In this document: positions 18,714-26,931 of the stretch, one piece after another
How positions within the stretch are numbered: position 1 is the stretch's first letter
Layout: every line of letters begins with the position of its first letter
Notes under the pieces: generated by a model
Database searches by the model: none
What the model was told of the DNA's origin: nothing
Seen by the model: the letters and a program-made list of their open reading frames with translations, nothing else
DNA from: Myxococcota bacterium
Lineage (GTDB): Bacteria > Myxococcota_A > UBA9160 > UBA4427
Assembly: GCA_036336835.1 (NCBI GenBank)
Contig: JAYZFK010000013.1
Coordinates: 1-42,246, forward strand
Length of the DNA stretch: 42,246 nucleotides
Reading direction: 5' to 3'
Translations under genes and position numbers: made by a program

Positions 18714-19154
18714 CTAGCGAGAGACGAGGCGATAGAGCCAGACTTGATCGAGATCGGTCGGGTCGCGACGGAACGTCGACTGGCTCGTCCAGGCCCTGGC
18801 AAAGGCGGCGATCTCGTCCGCGTCCGTCACCCGCTCGGCCCGCAGGTCGTAGAGCACTGCGTCCATGCGAAATCGCACCAGCGCGTTCGCCGTCATGTTC
18901 TTGACCCACTGCGTCTCGGTGTCCCCTGCGTTGACGTAGAGACGGCCTTCGTCGACCGTGAAGGCGACGTTGACCGAGTAGGGATCCTCGGGCCGGGTCT
19001 CGAGCTGAGCGGTTCCGTAGTCCCCGGCAAACGCCCAGTCCGAGGGGGCCGGCCTGATTTCGCCGTCGAGCCGGCCGCCGGGCAGCAACATCAGCGGGCC
19101 GTTACAGCCCGACGCGGCGCACACCAGCAGCAGTGCAAAGAAGCGACGCGACAG
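18714..19154 (-). CDS. Putative lipoprotein with flavin/deazaflavin-binding split-barrel-like domain
   Basis: Lipobox-like ASGC then GP...PGGRLDG, QLETR...PYSVN, W..N..AN..VRFR; start uncertain (CTG at 19154 after GAGGAG, or ATG at 19217). Confidence 0.6.
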   Translation of the reverse strand: MSRRFFALLLVCAASGCNGPLMLLPGGRLDGEIRPAPSDWAFAGDYGTAQLETRPEDPYSVNVAFTVDEGRLYVNAGDTETQWVKNMTANALVRFRMDAVLYDLRAERVTDADEIAAFARAWTSQSTFRRDPTDLDQVWLYRLVSR

Positions 19155-19191
19155 GGGTCTCTCTCCTCGGGCCAGCAGGCGCCGCCGAAGT

Positions 19192-19983
19192 CTACGCCTG
19201 CCGACGCGGATTCCCATCCGGCTGGACCCACCCCAGGCGGAGCGCGCCCCGCCTCGCATAGAGGTAGGCCGCCCCCGAGAGGAGCAGGAGCACGCCGAGG
19301 CCTCGGGTCGCCCACTCCGGCACCGGCACAGCAGCAATCAGGGGCTGGCACGCCCCGACGCAGACGTCCGTGAGGTCGATGTCGAGCAGCACCTCGCCGG
19401 TCGTGGCATCGATGACCCCGGTCACGGCCTCTTCCCAGTCGGCTGGCTCGGGCGGGAGCGGGGGGAGGGCATCCGATGGCAGCGCGTCTGGCCGGACGCT
19501 CCGAAAGAAGACGTCCGACTCCAGCGACGAAAGCCCCGGGAGGGAGGGAATCGCGACCACGCTGCTGGTGGGCCAGTAGAGGACCATGGCTGGATCGAGC
19601 AGGACCTCGACCCGGTTGAGCGGCCCGTTCGGGTCATTGGTGAACACCAGGCCTGCGACCTGCAGCGTCCAGCTGACCACGGCACCGGGGTAGTCACCCC
19701 ACTCCGGGTCGGGGTTGACGTCTGGCGTGCTGGTCTCGACCGAAATTCCCACATAGGCGCTGGCCCCGACCTCGAGCTCGGAGCCGGGGGGCAGAGCGGC
19801 CGCCAGCTCGGGTGCCACGAACTCCACGGTTCCGTACCAGCCCACCACGCTCTCGGCCGCCCAGCCCGGCGCGGGCGCGAGCAGTGCCAGTGCCGTTGCC
19901 AGACTCCAGAGCACGGCCGTCCGGCGCCGTCGACCAGCGGCGATCAGCACATTTTTCTCTGTTTTATCGCGGTATTGCGTCAT
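19192..19983 (-). CDS. Secreted protein with C-terminal PEP-CTERM/IPTL-CTERM-like sorting signal
   Basis: N-terminal signal (RRRR...LALLAPAPGWA); near C-terminus AVPVPEW, hydrophobic helix, ARRG. Confidence 0.65.
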   Translation of the reverse strand: MTQYRDKTEKNVLIAAGRRRRTAVLWSLATALALLAPAPGWAAESVVGWYGTVEFVAPELAAALPPGSELEVGASAYVGISVETSTPDVNPDPEWGDYPGAVVSWTLQVAGLVFTNDPNGPLNRVEVLLDPAMVLYWPTSSVVAIPSLPGLSSLESDVFFRSVRPDALPSDALPPLPPEPADWEEAVTGVIDATTGEVLLDIDLTDVCVGACQPLIAAVPVPEWATRGLGVLLLLSGAAYLYARRGALRLGWVQPDGNPRRQA

Positions 19984-20314
19984 TTTCTCGTGAAGCCCGT
20001 CGCCTGCTGCGAGGTCCCCCGTCAGCGCACTTCCGACCTATCGGTTCACCGCCCGCTGGCCTTTCGCCCTGGCGGGCGCTCACCGGGGCTGGCAGGACTC
20101 GGCCGAGGCGCCTGGCTCGACCTCGGCCCAGAAATGAATCGACCCGAATGCGCTCCAGGTGAAGCTGCCCGCGCCGCCGGATTACTTCCGGCGGATCTCG
20201 AGGACCCGGACACCCGGGACGGGGACGAAGCTCTCGGCATCGACCAGGGCGATCGCGCCGCGTTCGGAGGCGAACACGGCCCGCTGACTGGCGGATGGCT
20301 GATAGCCTGCGGCC

Positions 20315-20734
20315 GTGTCCTCCGAGCGGGTCGCCAGGTTGAACGAGTTCGCGCGCGGGAAGCATCCCGGCCTGGTCGGGGTCGAGATCCTCAGCTGCGA
20401 GCCCGATCTCGTAACGGGCCGGCTGGACGTCAGCGAAGCGGTGATCGCCGGCACGGGCTACCTCTGGGCTCCCGTCGTGATCACGCTCGCGGACTGGCTC
20501 TGTGCGGCGGGAATCGGCGAGTCATTGCCCGAGGGCTCGTCCTTCACGACGCTCGAGATCAAGACGAATTTTCTGGGAACCGTGCGTCAGGGTGGGGCCG
20601 TCGTCGGCAAGGCGTGGCCGGCCCACCGGGGCCGGACGACCCAGGTGTGGGACGTCGAGGTCAGCGACGAGTCCAGCGGCAAGGTGATTGCGCTCTTCCG
20701 CTGTACCCAGATGATCCTGCAAGCGAACAAGTAA
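20315..20734 (+). CDS. PaaI family (hotdog-fold) thioesterase
   Basis: FTTLEIKTNFLG, HRGRTTQVWD, IALFRCTQMIL. Confidence 0.9.
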   Translation: MSSERVARLNEFARGKHPGLVGVEILSCEPDLVTGRLDVSEAVIAGTGYLWAPVVITLADWLCAAGIGESLPEGSSFTTLEIKTNFLGTVRQGGAVVGKAWPAHRGRTTQVWDVEVSDESSGKVIALFRCTQMILQANK

Positions 20735-20747
20735 GGGAGAACATCGG

Positions 20748-21881
20748 ATGGTTGATACGGGACTGCAGCTTCGTTCGACGATCAAGGCGGAAGGCGAGCT
20801 CGAGCTCTCGCTCGCACGCGTCGCCGTTCCGGCACCCGGCCCCGACCAGGTGCTGGTCCGCATCGAGGCCGCGCCAATCAACCCGTCGGATCTCGGTCTC
20901 CTGTTCGGACCCGCAGACATGACGACCGCGAAGGCATCGGGCACCGCGGAGAGTCCCGTCGTGACGGCGACCATTCCCGACAAGCTGATGAAGGGCGTCG
21001 CCGCGCGGGTGGGCCAGCCCCTGCCCGTGGGCAACGAGGGTGCGGGCGTCGTGGTGGCGACTGGCGACTCGGAGGCGGCACGGGCACTCGAGGGCAGGAC
21101 GGTCGGCGCGATCGGAGGCGCCATGTACTCCCAGTACCGCGTCATCCATGTCGGTCAGTGTCTGCCGCTCGGCGAAGGGACCACCCCCGCCGAAGGGGCC
21201 TCCTGCTTCGTGAACCCGCTCACCGTGCTCGGGATGGTCGAGACGATGCGCATGGAAGGCCACAGTGCGTTGGTGCACACCGCGGCCGCGTCGAACCTCG
21301 GGCAGATGCTCACCAAGCTCTGCATCGCGGAGGGTGTGGATCTGGTGAACATCGTCCGGCGGCCGGAGCAGGCAGCGCTGCTCCGCACGATCGGTGCAAA
21401 GCACGTGGTCGACTCGAGTGCGCCGACGTTCATGACGGACCTGACCTCGGCGATCACGGCGACCGGCGCGACGCTCGCGTTCGACGCCACGGGCGGCGGC
21501 AAGCTCGCGGGACAGATCCTGACGTGCATGGAAGCGGCGCTCAGCGCAGATGCCAAGGGCTTCGACCGCTACGGGTCGTCGACGCACAAGCAGGTCTACA
21601 TCTACGGCGGGCTGGACCGTTCGCCGACCACGCTCCTGCGCAACTTCGGCATGACCTGGGGCGTCGGCGGATGGCTGCTCACACCATTCCTGCAGAAGGT
21701 CGGCGCCGAGCAGGGAAAGAAGCTCCGCCAGCGAGTCGCCGCGGAGATCCGGACCACCTTCGCGAGCTCCTATGCGAAGGAGGTCTCACTCGCCGAAGTG
21801 TTGCAGCTCGATGCGATCGCGGCGTATGGCAAGCAGGCGACCGGCGAGAAGTACCTGATCAATCCGCACCTGAACACCTGA
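20748..21881 (+). CDS. MDR-superfamily oxidoreductase (zinc-binding dehydrogenase/enoyl reductase-like)
   Basis: EAAPINPSD, GNEGAGVVV, SCFVNPLT, HTAAASNLG, AFDATGGG. Confidence 0.88.
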   Translation: MVDTGLQLRSTIKAEGELELSLARVAVPAPGPDQVLVRIEAAPINPSDLGLLFGPADMTTAKASGTAESPVVTATIPDKLMKGVAARVGQPLPVGNEGAGVVVATGDSEAARALEGRTVGAIGGAMYSQYRVIHVGQCLPLGEGTTPAEGASCFVNPLTVLGMVETMRMEGHSALVHTAAASNLGQMLTKLCIAEGVDLVNIVRRPEQAALLRTIGAKHVVDSSAPTFMTDLTSAITATGATLAFDATGGGKLAGQILTCMEAALSADAKGFDRYGSSTHKQVYIYGGLDRSPTTLLRNFGMTWGVGGWLLTPFLQKVGAEQGKKLRQRVAAEIRTTFASSYAKEVSLAEVLQLDAIAAYGKQATGEKYLINPHLNT

Positions 21882-21901
21882 GCACCTGAGCACCCGAGCA
21901 C
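21866..21901. repeat. 8-bp tandem repeat, about 4.5 copies
   Basis: gcacctga acacctga gcacctga gcacccga gcac, spanning the MDR stop codon. Confidence 0.75.
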
Positions 21902-21908
21902 GACCAGA

Positions 21909-22832
21909 CTAGCGGAACTTCGGTACGACCTCTGCTGCGAACAGGTCGATCTTGGCGAGATACTCGTCCACGGTGCGCGTACTTCCGAAGCTCACCGAAG
22001 AAACGGTCGCGCCGCTCCGCGCATTCTCGCCCACGACATCGCACCACTCGCCAACGCCGTCCGGGATCCGCGTCTCGCCGAGCTCGCGTTGCGTGCCCTC
22101 TTCGCGCTGGATGATCGTGAGCGGCATGACGACGTCGAACCCGCCCTCGGGCTCGCTGTAGTCCGGCTGGCTCTTGAGCGTCTCGATGCACGCGGGAAGC
22201 TCGTCGGGGGTGATCCGCCAGGGCACCCAGCCGTCTCCGAAGCGCGCTGCCCGGCGCAGTGCCGCGGGGCTGTTGCCTCCGATCCAGACCGGAAGGTGGG
22301 GCTCGCGCACCGGCTTGGGCTCGAAGACCAGGCCGTCGAAGGACACCCAGTCCCCCGCGAAGGCCGGCCGCTCTTCGCGGAAGAGCACGTCCAGGGCTCG
22401 CAGGTACTCGTCGCTGATCGCCGCCCGATCGCGGCGCGACACGCCCAGCAGCTCGAACTCCTTCTCGAGATGTCCGATCCCCACGCCCAGCACGACTCGC
22501 CCGCCCGACATGAAGTCGAGGGTCGCGATCTGCTTCGCGAGCAGCAGGGGATTGCGGTACGGGAGGACGAGCACGCTGGTGTACACCTGGATGTCGCGGG
22601 TCGCTCCTGCCAGGAAGGCGAGCGAGGTGACGCCCTCGCACCAGCGCGCGCCCATCGCCTCGTTCATCTCGACGGTCATCAGCAGGTGGTCCGACACCGA
22701 CAGGTAGTCGAAGCCCGCCTCGTCGGCGCGCCGCGCGATCGCGACGAGGTCCGCACTGGTTGCCGACGCCTCCCATGGCTGGAGGGTCGGCGGGTACAGG
22801 TTCAGGCAAGGGAAGCCGAGTCCGAACTTCAC
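21909..22832 (-). CDS. LLM-class oxidoreductase, probable F420-dependent (Rv2161c-like)
   Basis: ADEAGFD...SDH, LAFLAGAT, SVLVLPYRNP, ATLD.MSGGR..LGVG.G, P.P....LPVWIGGNS.AALRRAARFGDGW. Confidence 0.85.
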   Translation of the reverse strand: MKFGLGFPCLNLYPPTLQPWEASATSADLVAIARRADEAGFDYLSVSDHLLMTVEMNEAMGARWCEGVTSLAFLAGATRDIQVYTSVLVLPYRNPLLLAKQIATLDFMSGGRVVLGVGIGHLEKEFELLGVSRRDRAAISDEYLRALDVLFREERPAFAGDWVSFDGLVFEPKPVREPHLPVWIGGNSPAALRRAARFGDGWVPWRITPDELPACIETLKSQPDYSEPEGGFDVVMPLTIIQREEGTQRELGETRIPDGVGEWCDVVGENARSGATVSSVSFGSTRTVDEYLAKIDLFAAEVVPKFR

Positions 22833-22866
22833 GGGGCCCTCCGCACCGGGGATCGAGCGGCCCGGC

Positions 22867-23676
22867 TCAGGGCCAGAACCGCCGGCTGCTCATATACACG
22901 CGCCGCGCGAACTCGCCGAGATCCATCCGGCGCGTCTCGTCCGACAAGATCTCACAGCTGACCACGCCATCGAAGCCTTTGTCGCGCAGCAGCTCGCAGA
23001 AGCGCTCGAGCTCGAAGCGACCCTCGCCGGGCATGGCCCGCCGGCCGAGGGTCTCGGCCACGAGGTCGTCGCTCTCGAGGGCCGGGTGGTCGTCGAATTG
23101 CACGTAGGCGATCTCGTCGAGAGGCAGGGCGGAGAGATCGTCCCAGCTGTCGTCGCTGAAGAAGAAGTGCCAGGTGTCGACGATGATGCCCGCGCCGTCG
23201 ATCCCGGCGCGCTGCATCAGCTCGCGGGTCGACTGCAGGTTGCGGACTTCGGGCAGCCACGGGAGGTATTCGACCGCGAGGCCGATATCGAGCTGCCCGA
23301 ACACATCGCCGACGCGCCGCAGCTCGTCCAGCACGCCGTCGTCCACCTTCGACTCGACGTTGAGCTGCACGAAAGCCGGTCGCAGCACCCGCGCGATCGC
23401 GGCCAGTTCTTCGGTCTGCGCGCGCGTCTGGGCCGTGTCTTCGCCGACGATCAGGGCCGGGAGCTCGAACGTGCGCATGCCCGCCGCCGCGATCCGATCT
23501 GCCAGCTGCTCGACGGTACCCCCGCCCTCACACCAGCGGCTGATCGAGAAGCTGTCGGGACCGATCAACCGGAAGCCCGCGCGACCCGCCGCGTCGATCT
23601 GGCCCGGCAGGTCGGGGTCTTCGTCGCCCATGATGTAAGCGGACCGGTTCATGCAGTTGAAGCACAGCTCGGCCAA
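22867..23676 (-). CDS. Sugar phosphate isomerase/epimerase (xylose isomerase-like TIM barrel)
   Basis: LAVEYLPW, VDTWHFF, YVQFDD, R.MPGEG, GFDG.VSCEI; TTG start after AGGAGG. Confidence 0.85.
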   Translation of the reverse strand: MAELCFNCMNRSAYIMGDEDPDLPGQIDAAGRAGFRLIGPDSFSISRWCEGGGTVEQLADRIAAAGMRTFELPALIVGEDTAQTRAQTEELAAIARVLRPAFVQLNVESKVDDGVLDELRRVGDVFGQLDIGLAVEYLPWLPEVRNLQSTRELMQRAGIDGAGIIVDTWHFFFSDDSWDDLSALPLDEIAYVQFDDHPALESDDLVAETLGRRAMPGEGRFELERFCELLRDKGFDGVVSCEILSDETRRMDLGEFARRVYMSSRRFWP

Positions 23677-23705
23677 GGGGAGTTCCTCCTACGACGACGC
23701 CGGGC

Positions 23706-24872
23706 TCATCGAGTCGCCAGCTCCTCTGCGTCTTCGAGCTCGCGCACACGCGGGATCACCTTCGTCCCCATCAGCTCGATGCAACGCATCAGGTCCTCGT
23801 GACGGAGATCCGCGAGCTGCATGACCGACACCAGGCGGTCCGCCCCGGCCGCGCGATACAGCTCGACCTTCTCGAGCACTCCCGCCGGGTCGCCCACGCA
23901 GAACGCGCCGGAGTCGATCAGATCGTTCCAGCTCTTTTCGTCGTTCTCTCCGAGCTCGATCCCCGTGGCCGTATTGACCCCGCGTCCCCGGCGGCGCATC
24001 TCGGCGTGGTACTTGTACGCGTCGGGTACCTCTTCCAGCGGCACGCCCCGCCAGTCGTTCTTGTAGATCTCGGCCACCGTGTTGATGTACCAGAGGCCCG
24101 CGGAGCCGCCGAGGTAGCGCGCCTTCTCATCGTCGTCGTGGCAGAAGGTCACGGTGAACAGCCCGACGTTGTCGTTGACGAACTCGCCCGCGACATCGAT
24201 CGGATTGGCCACCGCGTCCTTGTACGCCTTCACGTGTCCCCGGAACATCTCCGGAGGGCCGATGGCCGGGCACAGTAGGCCGATGCCCAGCTCCCCAGCC
24301 AGCCGGCACGTGTCCGGCTGAGTGGCCGCGACCCAGAGCGGCGGGTGTGGCTTCTGGAGTGGCTTGGGCAGAACGGTGATCTTGTCCTTCCAGCTCCAGA
24401 AGCGACCCTCGTAGGTCATGTCCTGGCTCGCCCAGATCTTTGGGAGCAGCCTGAGACCCTCCTCCCACTGCTCGCGTGTGGTGTTGGGATCGACGCCGAA
24501 CGACTCGACCTGGTAAGGGCTGGAGGAGCGGCCCGTTCCCATTTCGAGACGACCGTCGGACAGGATGTCGATCGTCGCCGCGCGCTCCGCCACCCGGATC
24601 GGGTGATTGATCGGGTCGAGCATCAGCACCACCCCGTGGCCGATCCGGATGCGAGTGGTGCGCATTGCCAGTGCTCCCAGCAACACCTCGGGTGCCGACG
24701 AGTGGGCGAACTCCTGCAGGAAGTGGTGCTCGACGATCCAGATGGTGTCGAAGCCCATCTGCTCGGCGAACACGGCCTGCTCCAACGCCTCGTGGAAGCG
24801 ATCGCGCTCCTTGCGTCCGTCCCACGGACGCGCCACCTCGATCTCGAACAAGATGTCGAACTTGAAGGGCAC
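23706..24872 (-). CDS. LLM-class flavin-dependent oxidoreductase (luciferase-like)
   Basis: GFD.IW.VEHHFL.E..HSSAPE, HPIRVAE..AT.DILS.GRLE.GTGR, PKP.QKPHPP.WVA; GTG at 24872 after GAGG; extended -10 TGgTACAAT at 24917-24909. Confidence 0.9.
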   Translation of the reverse strand: MPFKFDILFEIEVARPWDGRKERDRFHEALEQAVFAEQMGFDTIWIVEHHFLQEFAHSSAPEVLLGALAMRTTRIRIGHGVVLMLDPINHPIRVAERAATIDILSDGRLEMGTGRSSSPYQVESFGVDPNTTREQWEEGLRLLPKIWASQDMTYEGRFWSWKDKITVLPKPLQKPHPPLWVAATQPDTCRLAGELGIGLLCPAIGPPEMFRGHVKAYKDAVANPIDVAGEFVNDNVGLFTVTFCHDDDEKARYLGGSAGLWYINTVAEIYKNDWRGVPLEEVPDAYKYHAEMRRRGRGVNTATGIELGENDEKSWNDLIDSGAFCVGDPAGVLEKVELYRAAGADRLVSVMQLADLRHEDLMRCIELMGTKVIPRVRELEDAEELATR

Positions 24873-24943
24873 GCGATCCTCTCGAGCTGCGGTGCACCAG
24901 CGAGGACGATTGTACCACCCGCTCGCCAGGTGAATGACTGGCA

Positions 24944-25225
24944 TCAGTGCGGTCCTGTGGCACCCGCGCGTCCCGCTGCCGCGAAGCGTTTCTGGATTGC
25001 CGCTACGACGAGGATCCCCTCGACGAAGTACGGCACTCGAGTCCGTATCGACCGGCCAGCGCCGACCAGTGCTCGGCTCCAATGGAAAGCGGCGACGAGC
25101 GACAGCGCCAGGAAAGAGAGCTGCAGGGGCGACGGCTTCGTCGTGTAGCAGACGAGCTGACAGAGCAGCAGTGCACCGAGCGTGAGAAAGGGAGCAACGA
25201 AGATGTCGCAGAAGCTGCGAGCCAT
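24944..25225 (-). CDS. Possible small membrane protein or gene remnant
   Basis: 93-aa hydrophobic stretch (MARSFCDIFVAPFLTLGALLL...) in an otherwise empty gap; no RBS or family seen. Confidence 0.3.
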   Translation of the reverse strand: MARSFCDIFVAPFLTLGALLLCQLVCYTTKPSPLQLSFLALSLVAAFHWSRALVGAGRSIRTRVPYFVEGILVVAAIQKRFAAAGRAGATGPH

Positions 25226-25311
25226 CCAAGGGCAGCAATAGCAGATCGCGCTACGGTGGCCTTCCGCCCGCAAGCCAGCCCCGCTCGCGCAGGCGAGCCG
25301 GCGGTGACCTC

Positions 25312-26688
25312 TTGTCGCTAGACCCCACAGCAGCCGAGACACCGGACGCCCTGATCGGGCAGCCCCAGACGTCCACCGTCGGACTCGGCATCTGGGAGCT
25401 GGCCTGGCCGGCCATCCTCGGGAACCTGCTCCACTCCACCGTCGCCATCGTCGACGGCGTGGCGGTGGGGTCGTTGGGCGCTCCCGCGCTGGCGGCCGCA
25501 ACGGCGGGCGAGCGCATCTTCTTCGTGCTGCAGGCCGTGCTGATGGGCGTCACCGCTGGCACCACGGCACTGGTGGCGCGGGCCTGGGGCGGGGGCCAGC
25601 GCGACGAGGCCTCGCGCGTCACCAGCGCATCCCTGTTCTTGTGCCTCGGGGTGGCCGCGGTGGCGAGCCTGCTCGGTATCGCCTTCACACCGCAGCTGCT
25701 CGGCATCTTCGGCCTCGACGACTTGACGACGGGGCTCGCCGTGACCTACGTGCGCTGGCTGCTGCTCTTCAACCCGTTCTTCGCCATCTACTTCGCCCTC
25801 GGCGCGGCGCTGCGGGCGGCGGGCGATACGCGCACACCGCTGTGGATCGGTGCCCTCGCCAACGTGCTCAACGCGGCGCTGATCTTCCCGCTGGTCTTCG
25901 GCAGCTTCGGCTTCCCGAGCCTCGGCATCGCCGGAGCGGCCATCGCGGGCGGCAGCTCCTTTGCCGTATGCGGAGTGCTCTTCGTCTGGCTGTGGCAGCG
26001 CGGCTCCCTCGCGGTGCGCGGGGGTGGGCCGGGATCGATCGAGCGCAAGCGCGTCGAGCGCATCGCGCGCATCGGCTATCCGGCGGCGCTCGAGCAGGGT
26101 GCCTTCCAGCTGGGCTTCGTGATCTTTCTCTGGTTCCTCGCCTCCTACGGCAGCGATGCGCCCGCCGCCTACGGGGTCGGGGGGCGCGTACTGGCGTTCT
26201 CCTTCGTGATCGGCTCGGGCTTCTCCGTCGCAGCCTCGACCCTGGTGGGCCAGCACCTGGGCGCCGGCGATCCCGCCGGCGCCGCGCGCAGCGGCTGGCG
26301 CTCCACCTTCATCGCGACCGCGCTGATGGCGGTCTTTGGCCTGGCCATCACGCTGGCGGCCGAGCCGATCGCGCGCTTCGTGATCGACGACGACGACGTG
26401 GTGAGACTGGCCGTGATCTTCATCTACATCCTCGGCGCGGTGCAGCCGCTGATGGCCCTCGAGTTCTGCCTGGCCGGGGCCCTGCGCGGTGCGGGCGACA
26501 CGCGCTTCCCGCTGGTGGTGGTGCTGGCGGGCATGCTGGTGGTGCGCAGCTCGCTGGCCGGGCTGGCGGCCTGGTGGGGCCTGTCCGTGGGCTGGGTGTT
26601 CGCCGCCCTGATCGGCGACTACACGGTGAAGGCGCTGCTGCTGACCGGCCGCTTCCGATCGGGTCGCTGGCAGCACGCCGTCCGCTAG
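25312..26688 (+). CDS. MATE family efflux transporter
   Basis: LAWPAIL, VG.LG..ALAA, LRAAGDTRTP, LGIAGAA.A, TLVGQHLGAG, LRGAGDTRFP. Confidence 0.93.
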   Translation: MSLDPTAAETPDALIGQPQTSTVGLGIWELAWPAILGNLLHSTVAIVDGVAVGSLGAPALAAATAGERIFFVLQAVLMGVTAGTTALVARAWGGGQRDEASRVTSASLFLCLGVAAVASLLGIAFTPQLLGIFGLDDLTTGLAVTYVRWLLLFNPFFAIYFALGAALRAAGDTRTPLWIGALANVLNAALIFPLVFGSFGFPSLGIAGAAIAGGSSFAVCGVLFVWLWQRGSLAVRGGGPGSIERKRVERIARIGYPAALEQGAFQLGFVIFLWFLASYGSDAPAAYGVGGRVLAFSFVIGSGFSVAASTLVGQHLGAGDPAGAARSGWRSTFIATALMAVFGLAITLAAEPIARFVIDDDDVVRLAVIFIYILGAVQPLMALEFCLAGALRGAGDTRFPLVVVLAGMLVVRSSLAGLAAWWGLSVGWVFAALIGDYTVKALLLTGRFRSGRWQHAVR

Positions 26689-26931
26689 GGGAGCGGCGGT
26701 GGCCGCGCGCAGATCTTCGGCCTCGCGGCGGGCGCAGTCGCAATGCTCGTTCAACCGCTCGACTGCCTGCGTTCGGAGCCGGCGCGCAAGCCCAGCGAGA
26801 ACGGGTCGGCGCCGACCCGGGCTTCCTGCCGAGCTCCGCCTTTCCAACACAAACGAGCACGCCCGTGCGACGATCTCTGGCGAGGGTCGGCCGTCAGCGA
26901 CCGCAGCCGAAGGAGGTAGCGCTCGCCAACG

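Noticed and set aside
21866..21901. 8-bp repeat as a regulatory array or mobile-element end
   Set aside because: Short degenerate microsatellite at a convergent gene junction; no matching copy or transposase seen.
26802..26819. Perfect 18-bp palindrome CGGGTCGGCGCCGACCCG between MATE and DUF3604
   Set aside because: Single copy, very GC-rich, no U-tract; cannot be distinguished from chance or a generic hairpin.
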